From positions 69,960 to 133,959 of the forward strand of contig JAOTXU010000006.1 in assembly GCA_029862165.1 (NCBI GenBank): DNA of 64,000 nt, in the 5' to 3' direction. The DNA comes from Gammaproteobacteria bacterium. Lineage in GTDB: Bacteria > Pseudomonadota > Gammaproteobacteria > Steroidobacterales > JABDKV01. This document shows, piece by piece, positions 40,542 to 50,938 of the stretch (positions are counted from its first letter, which is position 1; every line of letters begins with the position of its first letter). A program made the translations under genes and the position numbers. The notes under the pieces were generated by a model. The model was not told the DNA's origin. It did no database searches and saw only the letters and a list, made by a program, of their open reading frames with translations.

Positions 40542-42938
40542 ATGAAGTTTTTTAGCGGCATGAAAGCCGACAAACTGGTCAAGCAGCTCATCGCTGTCCG
40601 GCATCACGATCAGTCTGATGAAATCACAGACGTGTCTGGCAAGATCATCGCGCTCGGGCCGTCAGCAGTGTCCCATGTTATAGATGCGTTGGGTCACTCC
40701 GACAAAACTCAGACGCTAACTTTTGTAGAGATCCTGTCGCAGCTGTTGGACGCCAAAACGCTTCCGCAATATGTCGAGGGACTGAAGAACGATAGCCAGC
40801 GGGTTGTTTCCGGCGTAGCCTGGGCACTCGCCGGTCGGAGCACCTACGATCCCAACAAACTGCTGGATTTGTTGGAGGACCCGGAAATTCCCAAAGCCAC
40901 TCTGATGCAGGTGCTAGGCGCTCATAAGGATAAGCTGGACGCGCGCGTCCTGTTACGCCACGCCTATGAACTGGGCGCCACCGAAAAAGAAGCCTGTATG
41001 AAACTCGTCGGCGAAATGGCGAACGATGCCATGGTGCCGGACCTTGTGGGCCGACTCAGTGGCAAAGACGCGATGATGCGGGTACACATTATTCAGATCC
41101 TCGCCCGATTTCGCCGCCCGGATGTTCAGAATGCCCTGCAACAACAGCTTACCGATCGCAGCAAGCTGGTACGCCAAGCGGCGCTGTCGGCTTTGTCAAA
41201 GATGGCTGAAGGCCTCGATTTATCACTTCTCGGAAAGCTACTGGAAGACCCCGAGATTGAAGTGCAGAACAAAGCCGTGGAAGTCCTGATTCGAATCAAC
41301 CACCCCGACACGGTGCAACATCTGATCGGCGCGCTAAAAAGCGAAAACGAATATTCACGCCGCTCCGCAGTTGAGGTGCTAAATGAAGTTGGTGACAGCA
41401 ACTCGGTAAAAATTCTGCTCGACGCACTAAGAGATGACGATTGGTGGGTGCGGACACGCGTGACCGACGCGTTGTCAAAAATCGGTGGGCCACGCGTGGT
41501 CGATGCAGTGCTTCAATTGATCAAGGATCCGGATGAGGACATCCGACGCGCAGCCATCGAAATTCTCAACGCGACAAAAGATGAGCGTGCCGCCAAATTC
41601 CTGATCGAAGCCACCCGCGATGAAGACTGGTGGGTGCGTGAGCGCGCGGTGGATGCGCTGGCCGAGATGGGCGATAAAAAAGCCGTTCCGGCCCTGATGC
41701 GTATGCTTAATGAAAATGAAAAATCGATCCCCGTGGCGTTGCGTGGTCTGGCCGTATTGGGTGATCACACGGCACTCGATGCGATCGCAGTCATGCTCGG
41801 AAAACCGGATCGCGATATCCGCATCGAGGCAATACGGGCGATGGTGCGATTAGCCGACGAGAAACGTGCCGAAAGCGTGATAGGAAAGGTCCACGGCATG
41901 ACCGTTGATCCCGATGGCCACGTCGCGACGGCCGCCCAACGGGGCTGCGAAGAACTTGACGCACGCTTTTCGGCCACAGCAGTCGCAGAAAATCTCAAGG
42001 CCGCGCAGATGGCGGAACCGGCACATACCATGCTGGTCGATGCCGACGCAGCGATTGCCGCAGCAAAACAAGCCGTGGGCGTTGATTTGAATTCGCTGCA
42101 AGCCGGAGATCTGATTGAGGGCCGGTACCAGTACATCCAGCAAATCGGCAAGGGCGCCTTTGGCACTGTCATCCTGGTGGAAGATACTGTTGTTGGCGAA
42201 CGCCTGATTCTCAAGTTCCTCAACAAGGCCATTGCCGACGACGAAGAAATGCTGCAGCGGTTTGTCCACGAACTGCGCTTTTCCCGCAAGATTACCCATC
42301 GTAATGTGATTCGTATTTACGATTTCGTCCATCTTTCGGGCTTATATGCCATATCTATGGAGTATTTCCCTTCGCATGCGCTGAGCGCGGAAATGAACGC
42401 AAGAAAACCGCTGGAACTTGGACGCGCATTGCAAATCACTGCTGATATCGCCAATGGCATGTCGGTTGCACACCAGGTCGGCATCGTGCACCGTGATCTA
42501 AAACCGGCAAACGTTCTGGTCAACGAGGAGCAAGTCGTAAAGGTCGTTGACTTCGGTGTTGCCGCGGCACATGGCGGCGGCGATGCTGGATTGACAAAAA
42601 CCGGTTACGTAATCGGCTCGCCAAAATACATGGCGCCCGAGCAAATTCTTGGCAAGAAAGTCGATCAACGCGCTGATATTTACAGCCTGGGCGTCATTCT
42701 GTACGAGCTACTCACCGGTTTGCCGCCGTATACCGACGGCGATCACATGGCGGTGATGTATCAACATGTACAGGGAAATGCCAAACCGATTGCGGAAGCA
42801 AACCCGAATATACCTGCCGATGTCGCGGCCCTGGCCACCAAAACAATGGCCGTGGACAAGATGCAACGCTATCATTCCATGGAAGAACTACGCGACGAAC
42901 TGGAAGCTCTGGTGGAGAAACACCTTGGCGCGGATTGA
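40542..42938 (+). CDS. HEAT-repeat Ser/Thr protein kinase (Hanks type), cytoplasmic
   Basis: About 480 aa of HEAT units (DDDWWVRTRVTDAL, DEDWWVRERAVDAL, DEDIRRAAIEIL). C-terminal kinase has IGKGAFGTV, LILK, HRDLKPAN, DFG, GSPKYMAPE, DIYSLG. No TM segment. Confidence 0.92.
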   Translation: MKFFSGMKADKLVKQLIAVRHHDQSDEITDVSGKIIALGPSAVSHVIDALGHSDKTQTLTFVEILSQLLDAKTLPQYVEGLKNDSQRVVSGVAWALAGRSTYDPNKLLDLLEDPEIPKATLMQVLGAHKDKLDARVLLRHAYELGATEKEACMKLVGEMANDAMVPDLVGRLSGKDAMMRVHIIQILARFRRPDVQNALQQQLTDRSKLVRQAALSALSKMAEGLDLSLLGKLLEDPEIEVQNKAVEVLIRINHPDTVQHLIGALKSENEYSRRSAVEVLNEVGDSNSVKILLDALRDDDWWVRTRVTDALSKIGGPRVVDAVLQLIKDPDEDIRRAAIEILNATKDERAAKFLIEATRDEDWWVRERAVDALAEMGDKKAVPALMRMLNENEKSIPVALRGLAVLGDHTALDAIAVMLGKPDRDIRIEAIRAMVRLADEKRAESVIGKVHGMTVDPDGHVATAAQRGCEELDARFSATAVAENLKAAQMAEPAHTMLVDADAAIAAAKQAVGVDLNSLQAGDLIEGRYQYIQQIGKGAFGTVILVEDTVVGERLILKFLNKAIADDEEMLQRFVHELRFSRKITHRNVIRIYDFVHLSGLYAISMEYFPSHALSAEMNARKPLELGRALQITADIANGMSVAHQVGIVHRDLKPANVLVNEEQVVKVVDFGVAAAHGGGDAGLTKTGYVIGSPKYMAPEQILGKKVDQRADIYSLGVILYELLTGLPPYTDGDHMAVMYQHVQGNAKPIAEANPNIPADVAALATKTMAVDKMQRYHSMEELRDELEALVEKHLGAD

Positions 42939-44031
42939 CTCCTTTCTAAAACTCGGTCTGGCTCAAGGTTGCTCCGACGTTCACCTTGCTGTCGGAATCC
43001 CGCCAATGCTGCGCATGAGCGGCGACCTATTGCCCATTAAGTTCCGCGATCTGTCAGGAACAGAGCTGGAAAGCTATGTCACGGAAATTCTGACTCAAAA
43101 TCAGCAAAAAACCTTTGCCGAGGGTCGCGACATCGATTTCTCTTACGTTACTGACGACGGCGCCAGATTTCGGGTCAATCTCTATCGCAAAACCACCGGT
43201 GTCGGTGCAACTTTTCGCAATATTCCCAACGAGATTCCCAACATGGACAAGCTGGGGTTGCCATCGGTCGTTCGTGACCTCACTGACTATCATCAGGGAA
43301 TGATCCTGGTCACGGGGGCTACCGGTACCGGTAAATCGACGACGCTGGCATCGATGATGGATCACATCAACACGACCCGTGCGCTAAACATCATTAGCCT
43401 GGAAGATCCTATCGAATTCGTACATCCGAGCAAAAAATCACAAGTTGTACAACGTGAATTGGGCACTCACCTGACTAGTTTTGCCGATGGATTGAGAGCG
43501 GCCCTGCGTGAAGATCCGGACGTGATACTGGTCGGCGAAATGCGTGACGCAGAAACCATCTCGATGGCTCTGACTGCCGCTGAGACAGGTCATCTGGTCC
43601 TGGGTACCCTGCACACCACCGGTGCAGTAAAAAGTATCGATCGCATCATAGATGCTTTACCCAGCGATCTGCGAGAACAAACAAAGAGTTTTCTTTCGAC
43701 TAATCTTAATGCCGTAATCTCTCAGGTCTTGTGCAGAACTGCTGATCGGCGGGACAGAAAAGCCATTTTGGAAATAATGGTCATGACGCGTGCGATCGGA
43801 AAACTCATCTCTACCGATCAAACTCATCAGATCCCGTCACAGTTACAGACCGGTCGTCACCTCGGCATGCAACAACTCGATCAGGCATTGCTCGAAGCCG
43901 TGCAGCGCAAAGAAATAGACCCGAACGACGCGTATGCCTATGCCGCGGACAAGCAACCATTCCGGCGATTTGTTACAGACAGCGATCTGGCAGCACCCAT
44001 GGCTGAGCAAACCACATCTGACGCAGAGTAA
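42925..44031 (+). CDS. PilT/PilU-family ATPase (copy 1)
   Basis: SDVHL, FRVN, GATGTGKST, EDPIE, LREDPD, GEMRD, TLHT. Start TTG 42925 after GGAG, overlapping the kinase stop. Confidence 0.92.
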   Translation: MARIDSFLKLGLAQGCSDVHLAVGIPPMLRMSGDLLPIKFRDLSGTELESYVTEILTQNQQKTFAEGRDIDFSYVTDDGARFRVNLYRKTTGVGATFRNIPNEIPNMDKLGLPSVVRDLTDYHQGMILVTGATGTGKSTTLASMMDHINTTRALNIISLEDPIEFVHPSKKSQVVQRELGTHLTSFADGLRAALREDPDVILVGEMRDAETISMALTAAETGHLVLGTLHTTGAVKSIDRIIDALPSDLREQTKSFLSTNLNAVISQVLCRTADRRDRKAILEIMVMTRAIGKLISTDQTHQIPSQLQTGRHLGMQQLDQALLEAVQRKEIDPNDAYAYAADKQPFRRFVTDSDLAAPMAEQTTSDAE

Positions 44032-44034
44032 GAC

Positions 44035-45102
44035 ATGGCCACGATTTCTGATTTTCTGAGCATGACACTGGAACGGGACGCGTCGGACCTGCATTACATG
44101 GCCGGCGATCCGCCGCGAGTACGTCAGTACGGTGAGTTGCTACCGTTAGCCAACATAAAACTCGACGCGGAAAAAGTCAGACAATCGATTGAATCCATAA
44201 TTACGCCGAAGGCACGCCAGGAGTTGGAAGATAAAGACGGTGCGGACTTCGCTTACGAGTTAGCTGGCAAGGGGCGTTTCAGGGTAAACGTGTTGCGGCA
44301 ACTTAATGGTCTGGGTGCAGTGTTCCGCGCCATTCCCGAGACAGCGCTCACACTCGAACAATTAAACATGCCACGGGTCGCTCGCGATCTATGCAAGCAC
44401 CCGCAGGGCCTGATTCTGGTTACCGGAAAAACAGGCTCCGGCAAATCGACCACGCTCGCGGCGATGATCGACCACATTAACGCGAACCAGAAGGGTCATA
44501 TTATTACGATCGAGGACCCGATCGAGTTCACGCACGAGCGTAAACAATGCCTGATCAGTCAACGGGAAGTCGGAGTGCATACACCCAGTTTTGCCGCTGC
44601 ACTTCATTCCGCGCTTCGCGAAGACCCTGATGTGGTTCTGGTCGGCGAGATGCGCGATCTGGAGACCATGAGCATTGCCGTCACGGCCGCAGAAACCGGA
44701 ATCCTGGTGATGGGCACACTACACACCAATGGTGCGCCGCCGACGGTCGACCGCATCGTCAATACTTTCCCGGCAGACAAGCAGGCGCATATCCGCTCGA
44801 TGCTCTCAACGTCGATACGCGGCGTGATCTCGCAGCAGCTAATACGCCGTAAGGACGGCAAGGGACGCGTGGCCGCACTGGAGATACTCGTGAATAATTC
44901 CGGGGTCGCTAATCTGATCCGACAGGGCAAAATGGACCAGTTGGGCTCGGCGATGCAGGCCGGTGCCCAATCGGGCATGCAAACTATGGATGGGGCACTA
45001 AAGCGCCTGGTGCAGAAGCGCATCATCACCGGCGAAGTGGCTTACGAGAAGGCTTTCGACAAGCAAAACTTCAAAGACTACGCGCCGACCGCCGCGGCCT
45101 GA
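44035..45102 (+). CDS. PilT/PilU-family ATPase (copy 2)
   Basis: SDLHY, FRVN, GKTGSGKST, EDPIE, QREVG.H, LREDPD, GEMRD, TLHT. Confidence 0.92.
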   Translation: MATISDFLSMTLERDASDLHYMAGDPPRVRQYGELLPLANIKLDAEKVRQSIESIITPKARQELEDKDGADFAYELAGKGRFRVNVLRQLNGLGAVFRAIPETALTLEQLNMPRVARDLCKHPQGLILVTGKTGSGKSTTLAAMIDHINANQKGHIITIEDPIEFTHERKQCLISQREVGVHTPSFAAALHSALREDPDVVLVGEMRDLETMSIAVTAAETGILVMGTLHTNGAPPTVDRIVNTFPADKQAHIRSMLSTSIRGVISQQLIRRKDGKGRVAALEILVNNSGVANLIRQGKMDQLGSAMQAGAQSGMQTMDGALKRLVQKRIITGEVAYEKAFDKQNFKDYAPTAAA

Positions 45103-45172
45103 TCTGTCAGCACAAGGCAGCGCAGCATGGCATAATCGCTGCGCCGCATCATGCGGTTAGTTGTGTGATCTG

Positions 45173-47170
45173 ATGGAAAAAAGCCGCAAAATCCTAGTCA
45201 GCACAGCCCTGCCCTACGCCAATGGGTCGTTGCATATTGGGCATATGGTCGAACATATCCAGAGTGACATCTGGGTGCGTTTCCAGCGACTACGCGGGCA
45301 TCAGTGCATATCTGTTTGCGCGGACGACGCCCACGGCACACCTATCATGCTGGCGGCGCGCGATGAGGGAATCACGCCAGAAGAGCTGATCGCCCGGTTC
45401 TATGCCGAACACCGGCGTGACTTCGACGACTTCAACATCAGCTTTGACAATTACCACAGCACACATTCCGACGAGAATCGCGAGCTTGTGGAGCACATCT
45501 ATAGGATGCTCGATAAAAACGGTCATATCGACCGAAAAAGTATCGTGCAAGCTTACGACGAGAAGGAAGGCATGTTTTTGCCGGATCGTTACGTGCGTGG
45601 CACCTGCCCGAATCCGGACTGTGGCGCTGCCGACCAGTACGGCGATAGTTGTGAGGTCTGTGGCTCGACGTACAACCCGGCCGATCTGAAAGACGCCATA
45701 TCGGTCATCTCCGGTACAAAACCGGTCGAACGCAAGTCGGAGCATCTGTTTTTTCGACTCGCCAGTTTCGAAACCATGTTGCGTGGGTGGGTCGGTCGCT
45801 TACAGGAAGGCATTGCCCGCAAATTGGACGAGTGGTTTGACAGTGGTTTGCGGGACTGGGATATCTCCCGCGATGCACCGTATTTCGGTTTCGAAGTGCC
45901 GGGGCTGCCAAAACACTACTTTTATGTCTGGCTGGACGCACCTGTCGGCTACATGGCCAGCTTCAAGAACCTGTGCGACCGTACCGATGGTCTCGATTTT
46001 GATACCTACTGGAAGCCCGATAGTGACGCCGAGGTCTATCACTTTATCGGTAAGGACATCGTGTATTTCCACTGCCTGTTTTGGCCGGCCGTGTTGCACG
46101 GCGCGGGCTTTCGTGTTCCGACGTCGGTCTTTGCTCACGGCTTTCTGACGATCAACGGCCAGAAAATGTCCAAACGTCGGCGCACATTTATCACGGCCAG
46201 ACAATACCTGGACAATCTTTCACCCGAGTATTTGCGTTACTACTACGCCGCTAAACTGGGGCCCGGTATCGATGACATCGATATGAATATTGAGGATTTC
46301 GTCCAACGCGTTAACTCTGATGTTGTCGGCAAGCTGGTCAATATCGCCAGCCGCTGCGCCGGATTTATTAGCAAGCAGTTTGACGGGAAACTTGCTCCGA
46401 AATTACCTGAACCGGATCTATATCAGCTATTTGCCGATGCCGGTGATCGCCTGGCCGAGTTGTATGAGTCCCGTGAATACTCTCGTGCAATGCGAGAGAT
46501 CATGGCGTTGGCAGATCAGGCAAATCGTTACATTGATGAGCACAAACCGTGGCAGGCCATCAAAGATCCGGCGCGACATGCAGAAGTGCATGGCGTGTGC
46601 ACACAAGGTCTCAATTTTTATCGCGCACTAATAATTTATCTAAAACCGGTACTGCCAGGCATCGCCAGTGCCAGCGAAGACTTTTTCAACAGCCCCCCAC
46701 TGAACTGGGATGACGTTTCGGCTCCACTGCTCGCAACATCGTTGCAGCGGTTCAAACCACTGATCCAACGTATTGATATCAAGAAGGTCGAAGCCATGCT
46801 ACTTACTCCGTCTGAATCCAAACCGGAACAACGAAGTGTAAAAAATGAGATCGATATCGATCAGTTCCTGAACGTAGAACTGCGTGTCGCCAGGATTGTA
46901 AAGGCTCAAGCAGTAGAGGGCGCGGACAAGTTACTGGAGCTGCAACTGGATCTGGGTGACGAAAAGCGTTCAGTGTTCGCCGGCATACGCTCGGCCTACC
47001 AGCCTGAGGACTTGCAGGACCGGCTTACGGTGGTGGTGGCAAATCTCAAGCCACGGAAGATGCGTTTTGGCATATCCGAGGGCATGGTTCTGGCCGCAGG
47101 ACCGGGTGGCGAAGATATTTTTCTGATCAGCCCCGACACTGGAGCCAAACCGGGCATGCGTGTCCGATGA
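45173..47170 (+). CDS. metG: Methionine--tRNA ligase
   Basis: [12 protein letters not shown], Zn knuckle, WDISRD, GKDI, KMSKR (variant), C-terminal tRNA-binding domain. Confidence 0.97.
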   Translation: MEKSRKILVSTALPYANGSLHIGHMVEHIQSDIWVRFQRLRGHQCISVCADDAHGTPIMLAARDEGITPEELIARFYAEHRRDFDDFNISFDNYHSTHSDENRELVEHIYRMLDKNGHIDRKSIVQAYDEKEGMFLPDRYVRGTCPNPDCGAADQYGDSCEVCGSTYNPADLKDAISVISGTKPVERKSEHLFFRLASFETMLRGWVGRLQEGIARKLDEWFDSGLRDWDISRDAPYFGFEVPGLPKHYFYVWLDAPVGYMASFKNLCDRTDGLDFDTYWKPDSDAEVYHFIGKDIVYFHCLFWPAVLHGAGFRVPTSVFAHGFLTINGQKMSKRRRTFITARQYLDNLSPEYLRYYYAAKLGPGIDDIDMNIEDFVQRVNSDVVGKLVNIASRCAGFISKQFDGKLAPKLPEPDLYQLFADAGDRLAELYESREYSRAMREIMALADQANRYIDEHKPWQAIKDPARHAEVHGVCTQGLNFYRALIIYLKPVLPGIASASEDFFNSPPLNWDDVSAPLLATSLQRFKPLIQRIDIKKVEAMLLTPSESKPEQRSVKNEIDIDQFLNVELRVARIVKAQAVEGADKLLELQLDLGDEKRSVFAGIRSAYQPEDLQDRLTVVVANLKPRKMRFGISEGMVLAAGPGGEDIFLISPDTGAKPGMRVR

Positions 47171-47748
47171 GTGAGCTGCTCCTGATATTGATCGGCACCG
47201 TACTGATCAATAACCTGGTGCTGACTAAATTTCTGGGACTGTGCCCCTTCCTCGGCGTTTCGGGGAAACTGGAAACAGCGATTGGCATGTCGCTTGCCAC
47301 AACCTTTGTGCTCACATTGTCATCGGCGCTGACCTATTTGATTAATCATTATTTGCTACAACCATTTGATCTCGTTTATCTCAAGATCATCACCTTCATT
47401 TTGGTCATAGCGACGGTCGCGAAGTTTACCGAATCAATGGTATTGAGAATCAGTCCGCTGCTGCATCAGCTGCTGGGCATTTTCCTGCCGTTAATTGCCA
47501 GCAACTGCGCCGTGCTCGGCGTCGCGCTGTTGAACGTCCAGCAGGCGCACAGTTTTCTAGAATCCTTGATGTACGGATTCGGCGGTGCTGTCGGTTTTTC
47601 GCTTGTGCTCGTGCTCTTTGGCGCGATGCGCGAACGCGTTGCCGTAGCCGATGTACCAGTACCATTTCGTGGCGCGGCCATTGCGATGATTACCGCCGGT
47701 CTGATGTCACTCGCGTTCATGGGCTTTGCAGGCTTGATAAAGACTTGA
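47167..47748 (+). CDS. rsxA: Rnf/Rsx subunit A
   Basis: [21 protein letters not shown]. Confidence 0.95.
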   Translation: MSELLLILIGTVLINNLVLTKFLGLCPFLGVSGKLETAIGMSLATTFVLTLSSALTYLINHYLLQPFDLVYLKIITFILVIATVAKFTESMVLRISPLLHQLLGIFLPLIASNCAVLGVALLNVQQAHSFLESLMYGFGGAVGFSLVLVLFGAMRERVAVADVPVPFRGAAIAMITAGLMSLAFMGFAGLIKT

Positions 47749-47749
47749 G

Positions 47750-48307
47750 ATGGCAGCCGCACTCATTCTGCTTGCTAGCCTGACATTGCTGATCTCTGTT
47801 CTGCTGTTCGCGTCGATACCGATGTTCAGAGCCAAAGGCACAACGATGATCGATGCGATCGATAATGCATTACCGCAAACACAGTGCGGACAGTGCGGCT
47901 ACGCTGGCTGTCGGCCTTATGCCCAGGCGATCGCGCGCGGCGAAGCTGATATCAATCAATGCCCGCCGGGCGGTGAGGTCGTCATTCGCGAGTTGGCTTT
48001 GCTGTTAGGCACACAAATCAAGCCACTTGATGAGGCCTTTGGTGTCGAGAGACCGCGTGATATTGCTGTCATTGATGAAGACATCTGCATCGGCTGCAAG
48101 AAATGCATTCAGGTTTGTCCCGTGGATGCGATTCTCGGCGCCCCAAAGCTCATGCATACCGTCATCTCGGACGAATGCACAGGCTGTGACTTATGCCCAC
48201 CGGCATGCCCGGTGGATTGTATCGACATGATTCCCGCCGTCACCGGTATCAGCGCGTGGACAGTCTCGAAACCAATTCGTGAGCCACAGGCGCGCGCGGG
48301 AACCTGA
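47750..48307 (+). CDS. rsxB: Rnf/Rsx subunit B
   Basis: [38 protein letters not shown]. Confidence 0.95.
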   Translation: MAAALILLASLTLLISVLLFASIPMFRAKGTTMIDAIDNALPQTQCGQCGYAGCRPYAQAIARGEADINQCPPGGEVVIRELALLLGTQIKPLDEAFGVERPRDIAVIDEDICIGCKKCIQVCPVDAILGAPKLMHTVISDECTGCDLCPPACPVDCIDMIPAVTGISAWTVSKPIREPQARAGT

Positions 48308-48311
48308 TTCG

Positions 48312-49922
48312 ATGGACAAACGGACAGCCGAAGAGATACCGGGTCAGGTCGATGACGAACTAACACCGACAAAAAAACCGTCTGGCTTCTATGGTGGCCT
48401 TCGTCTGCCCACCGACAAGCACGCTCTTGCCGGTCAACCATTGCGCGAGGCTCCGCTGGCAGACGAAATTGTATTGCCACTTTCGCAACATGCCGGCTTA
48501 CCGGCAATTCCGTCTGTTCGTGTCGGACAAGCGGTATTGCGTGGCGAGCGTATCGCGGACCCGGACGGTTTCATCAGTGCTGCGGTCCACGCGTCGACGT
48601 CCGGGACAGTCGTTGCAATAGAAGATCGCACGGTCCCCCACCCTTCAGGGCTCAACGCTCCATGCATCGTGCTCAGACCCGACCAGGAGGATCGCTGGTG
48701 CGAACCCGACCCGGTCATTGGCGCCTACCACACCGAAGATCCGGTGAGAGTAAGACAACGTGTGCGCGATGCCGGCATTGCCGGTTTGGGCGGCGCCGTA
48801 TTTCCAACATCAACAAAACTGACTGCTCGTGCCGACGTCCATATGCATACATTGATTCTCAACGGTGCCGAATGCGATCCGGAAATAAGTTGCGACGAAA
48901 CGCTGATGCACTGGCGGCCAAACGATATTATCGCGGGCGCCCGCATCATTCTGCATGTCCTGCAGGTCAATCGCTGCGTCATCGGAATCGAAGAAGACAA
49001 ACCCCAATGCGAGCAGGCCTTGCGCACAGCAGTTAGCGAGTTTGATGACGACCGTTTCGAAGTAGTCCGTGTGCCAGCCATCTATCCAGAAGGCTCTGAA
49101 CGCCAACTCATACAGGCGCTCAGTGGCCACGAGGTACCGAGCAACGGTTTGCCTCTGGATATTGGTTTTGTGTGTGTCAATGTAGCCACTGCTGCTGCGG
49201 TTAAGACAGCCATTATTGACGGCAGAGCACTTACCGAACGTACCGTCACGGTGACCGGGCAAGGCGTCAGGGAGCCGGCCAATGTGGTGTCCCGGTTGGG
49301 TACGCCCTTAAGCACGCTCATTGAAGTCTGTGGCGGCTATAAGGAAGACGCTGAACGCCTGGTCATTGGCGGCGCGATGATGGGTTTTGCGGTTGGTCAC
49401 GACAACATACCGGTTGTCAAAGCATGTAATTCCGTACTTGTGATGACTGCGGCCGAGTCGCGGCCGGCAACAGATATCCGGCCATGCATACGTTGCGGTG
49501 AGTGTGCCCGCGTCTGTCCTTCCAAACTTCTGCCACAGCAACTGTACTGGTACGCCGGCTCCCACGATCATGAGAGACTTGAACGTTTCAACATATTCGA
49601 TTGCATCGAATGCGGCTGTTGTGACTATGTTTGCCCCAGCAATATACGTCTCGCACAGCATTTTCGTTATGCCAAAGCCGAGATCACCGTACGTGACGCC
49701 GATCGAGAACGGGCCCAATTGGCGAAGCACCGATTTGAGAACAGAGACAAACGGCAGACGCTGGATGCAAACGAGCGTGCTGAACAACTGGCCGAGAAAA
49801 AGCGGCAGGCTGCAGCTGCACTAGATATCCACAAACGACGGCAGGTCATCGACGAAGTGATGGAACGCGTGAAAGCCAAAGAGCGCGCGTCGCGGAATCA
49901 GGACAGTACCGACACACGATGA
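48312..49922 (+). CDS. rsxC: Rnf/Rsx subunit C
   Basis: GLGGAVFP, NGAEC, CIRCGECARVCP, CIECGCCDYVCP. Confidence 0.95.
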   Translation: MDKRTAEEIPGQVDDELTPTKKPSGFYGGLRLPTDKHALAGQPLREAPLADEIVLPLSQHAGLPAIPSVRVGQAVLRGERIADPDGFISAAVHASTSGTVVAIEDRTVPHPSGLNAPCIVLRPDQEDRWCEPDPVIGAYHTEDPVRVRQRVRDAGIAGLGGAVFPTSTKLTARADVHMHTLILNGAECDPEISCDETLMHWRPNDIIAGARIILHVLQVNRCVIGIEEDKPQCEQALRTAVSEFDDDRFEVVRVPAIYPEGSERQLIQALSGHEVPSNGLPLDIGFVCVNVATAAAVKTAIIDGRALTERTVTVTGQGVREPANVVSRLGTPLSTLIEVCGGYKEDAERLVIGGAMMGFAVGHDNIPVVKACNSVLVMTAAESRPATDIRPCIRCGECARVCPSKLLPQQLYWYAGSHDHERLERFNIFDCIECGCCDYVCPSNIRLAQHFRYAKAEITVRDADRERAQLAKHRFENRDKRQTLDANERAEQLAEKKRQAAAALDIHKRRQVIDEVMERVKAKERASRNQDSTDTR

Positions 49923-50938
49923 AATTTCAGGTCGAGCCTGCTCCACATACTTTCGGCTCGAAACCGGTTCCGGAAATCATGCGCGATGTGTTAATCGCGA
50001 TGTTCCCGGCCATACTGGTTTACGTCTGGTACTTCGGCTTCGGCATAGTCATTAACACTGTGATCGCGGCAGCAGTGGCGCTTGCCAGCGAGGCGCTCAT
50101 ACTGCGTCTACGTGGCAAGAACCTGTCCTTGTATCTTGGCGACTACAGCGCAATCGTTACTGCCATACTCCTGGCCTTCTCGCTACCGCCGCTAACGCCG
50201 TGGTACGTCACGGCTATTGCTACTTTGTTTGCCGTCGTATTTGCCAAACATCTCTACGGCGGTCTTGGCTTTAATCTATTTAATCCGGCTATGGCCGGCT
50301 ACGTCCTGGTACTCATTGCATTCCCGACTGCAATGGCAGACTTGTGGATCGCCCCGCGGGGCATGGGCGATGGTCTGGGTCTGGGCCAGACGCTGGTTGC
50401 GATCTTGGCTGCTGCGCCGCCGGACGCCTGGGATGCGTTGTCGTCTGCGACGCCGTTGAGTCGAGTGCAAAGCGACCTGAGCAAAGCCATGACGATGAGC
50501 GAGATCAGCTCAGAACCGATGATGAGCATCGGCGCCTGGTTGTGGATCAATCTTACTGTTGCACTGGGTGGCCTCTACCTGCTTTTTCGCGGTGTTATAC
50601 GCTGGCACATACCGGTTGCGGTGGTATTTGGGATAGGCCTGTTAGCCACCGTGTTCTATTTTGTTGATGTCGATCGCTACCCGTCACCGATATTTCACTT
50701 GACCACCGGCGCGGCCATGCTCGGTGCCTTCTTCATCGCTACTGATCCAGTATCGGCAGCGACCAGCACGCGCGGGCGACTGATTTACGGTTTTGGCATT
50801 GGCGCCCTAGCCTACATTATACGAACCTGGGGCGCCTACCCGGACGGAATTGCTTTCGCTGTCCTGCTAATGAACATGACCGTGCCTGCGATCGACTACT
50901 TTACTATTCCAACGGCCTATGGAACGCGCGATGACTAA
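49919..50938 (+). CDS. rsxD: Rnf/Rsx subunit D
   Basis: KHLYGGLG.N.FNPA, SSATPL FMN site, ATDPVS, YPDG. Confidence 0.95.
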   Translation: MKFQVEPAPHTFGSKPVPEIMRDVLIAMFPAILVYVWYFGFGIVINTVIAAAVALASEALILRLRGKNLSLYLGDYSAIVTAILLAFSLPPLTPWYVTAIATLFAVVFAKHLYGGLGFNLFNPAMAGYVLVLIAFPTAMADLWIAPRGMGDGLGLGQTLVAILAAAPPDAWDALSSATPLSRVQSDLSKAMTMSEISSEPMMSIGAWLWINLTVALGGLYLLFRGVIRWHIPVAVVFGIGLLATVFYFVDVDRYPSPIFHLTTGAAMLGAFFIATDPVSAATSTRGRLIYGFGIGALAYIIRTWGAYPDGIAFAVLLMNMTVPAIDYFTIPTAYGTRDD

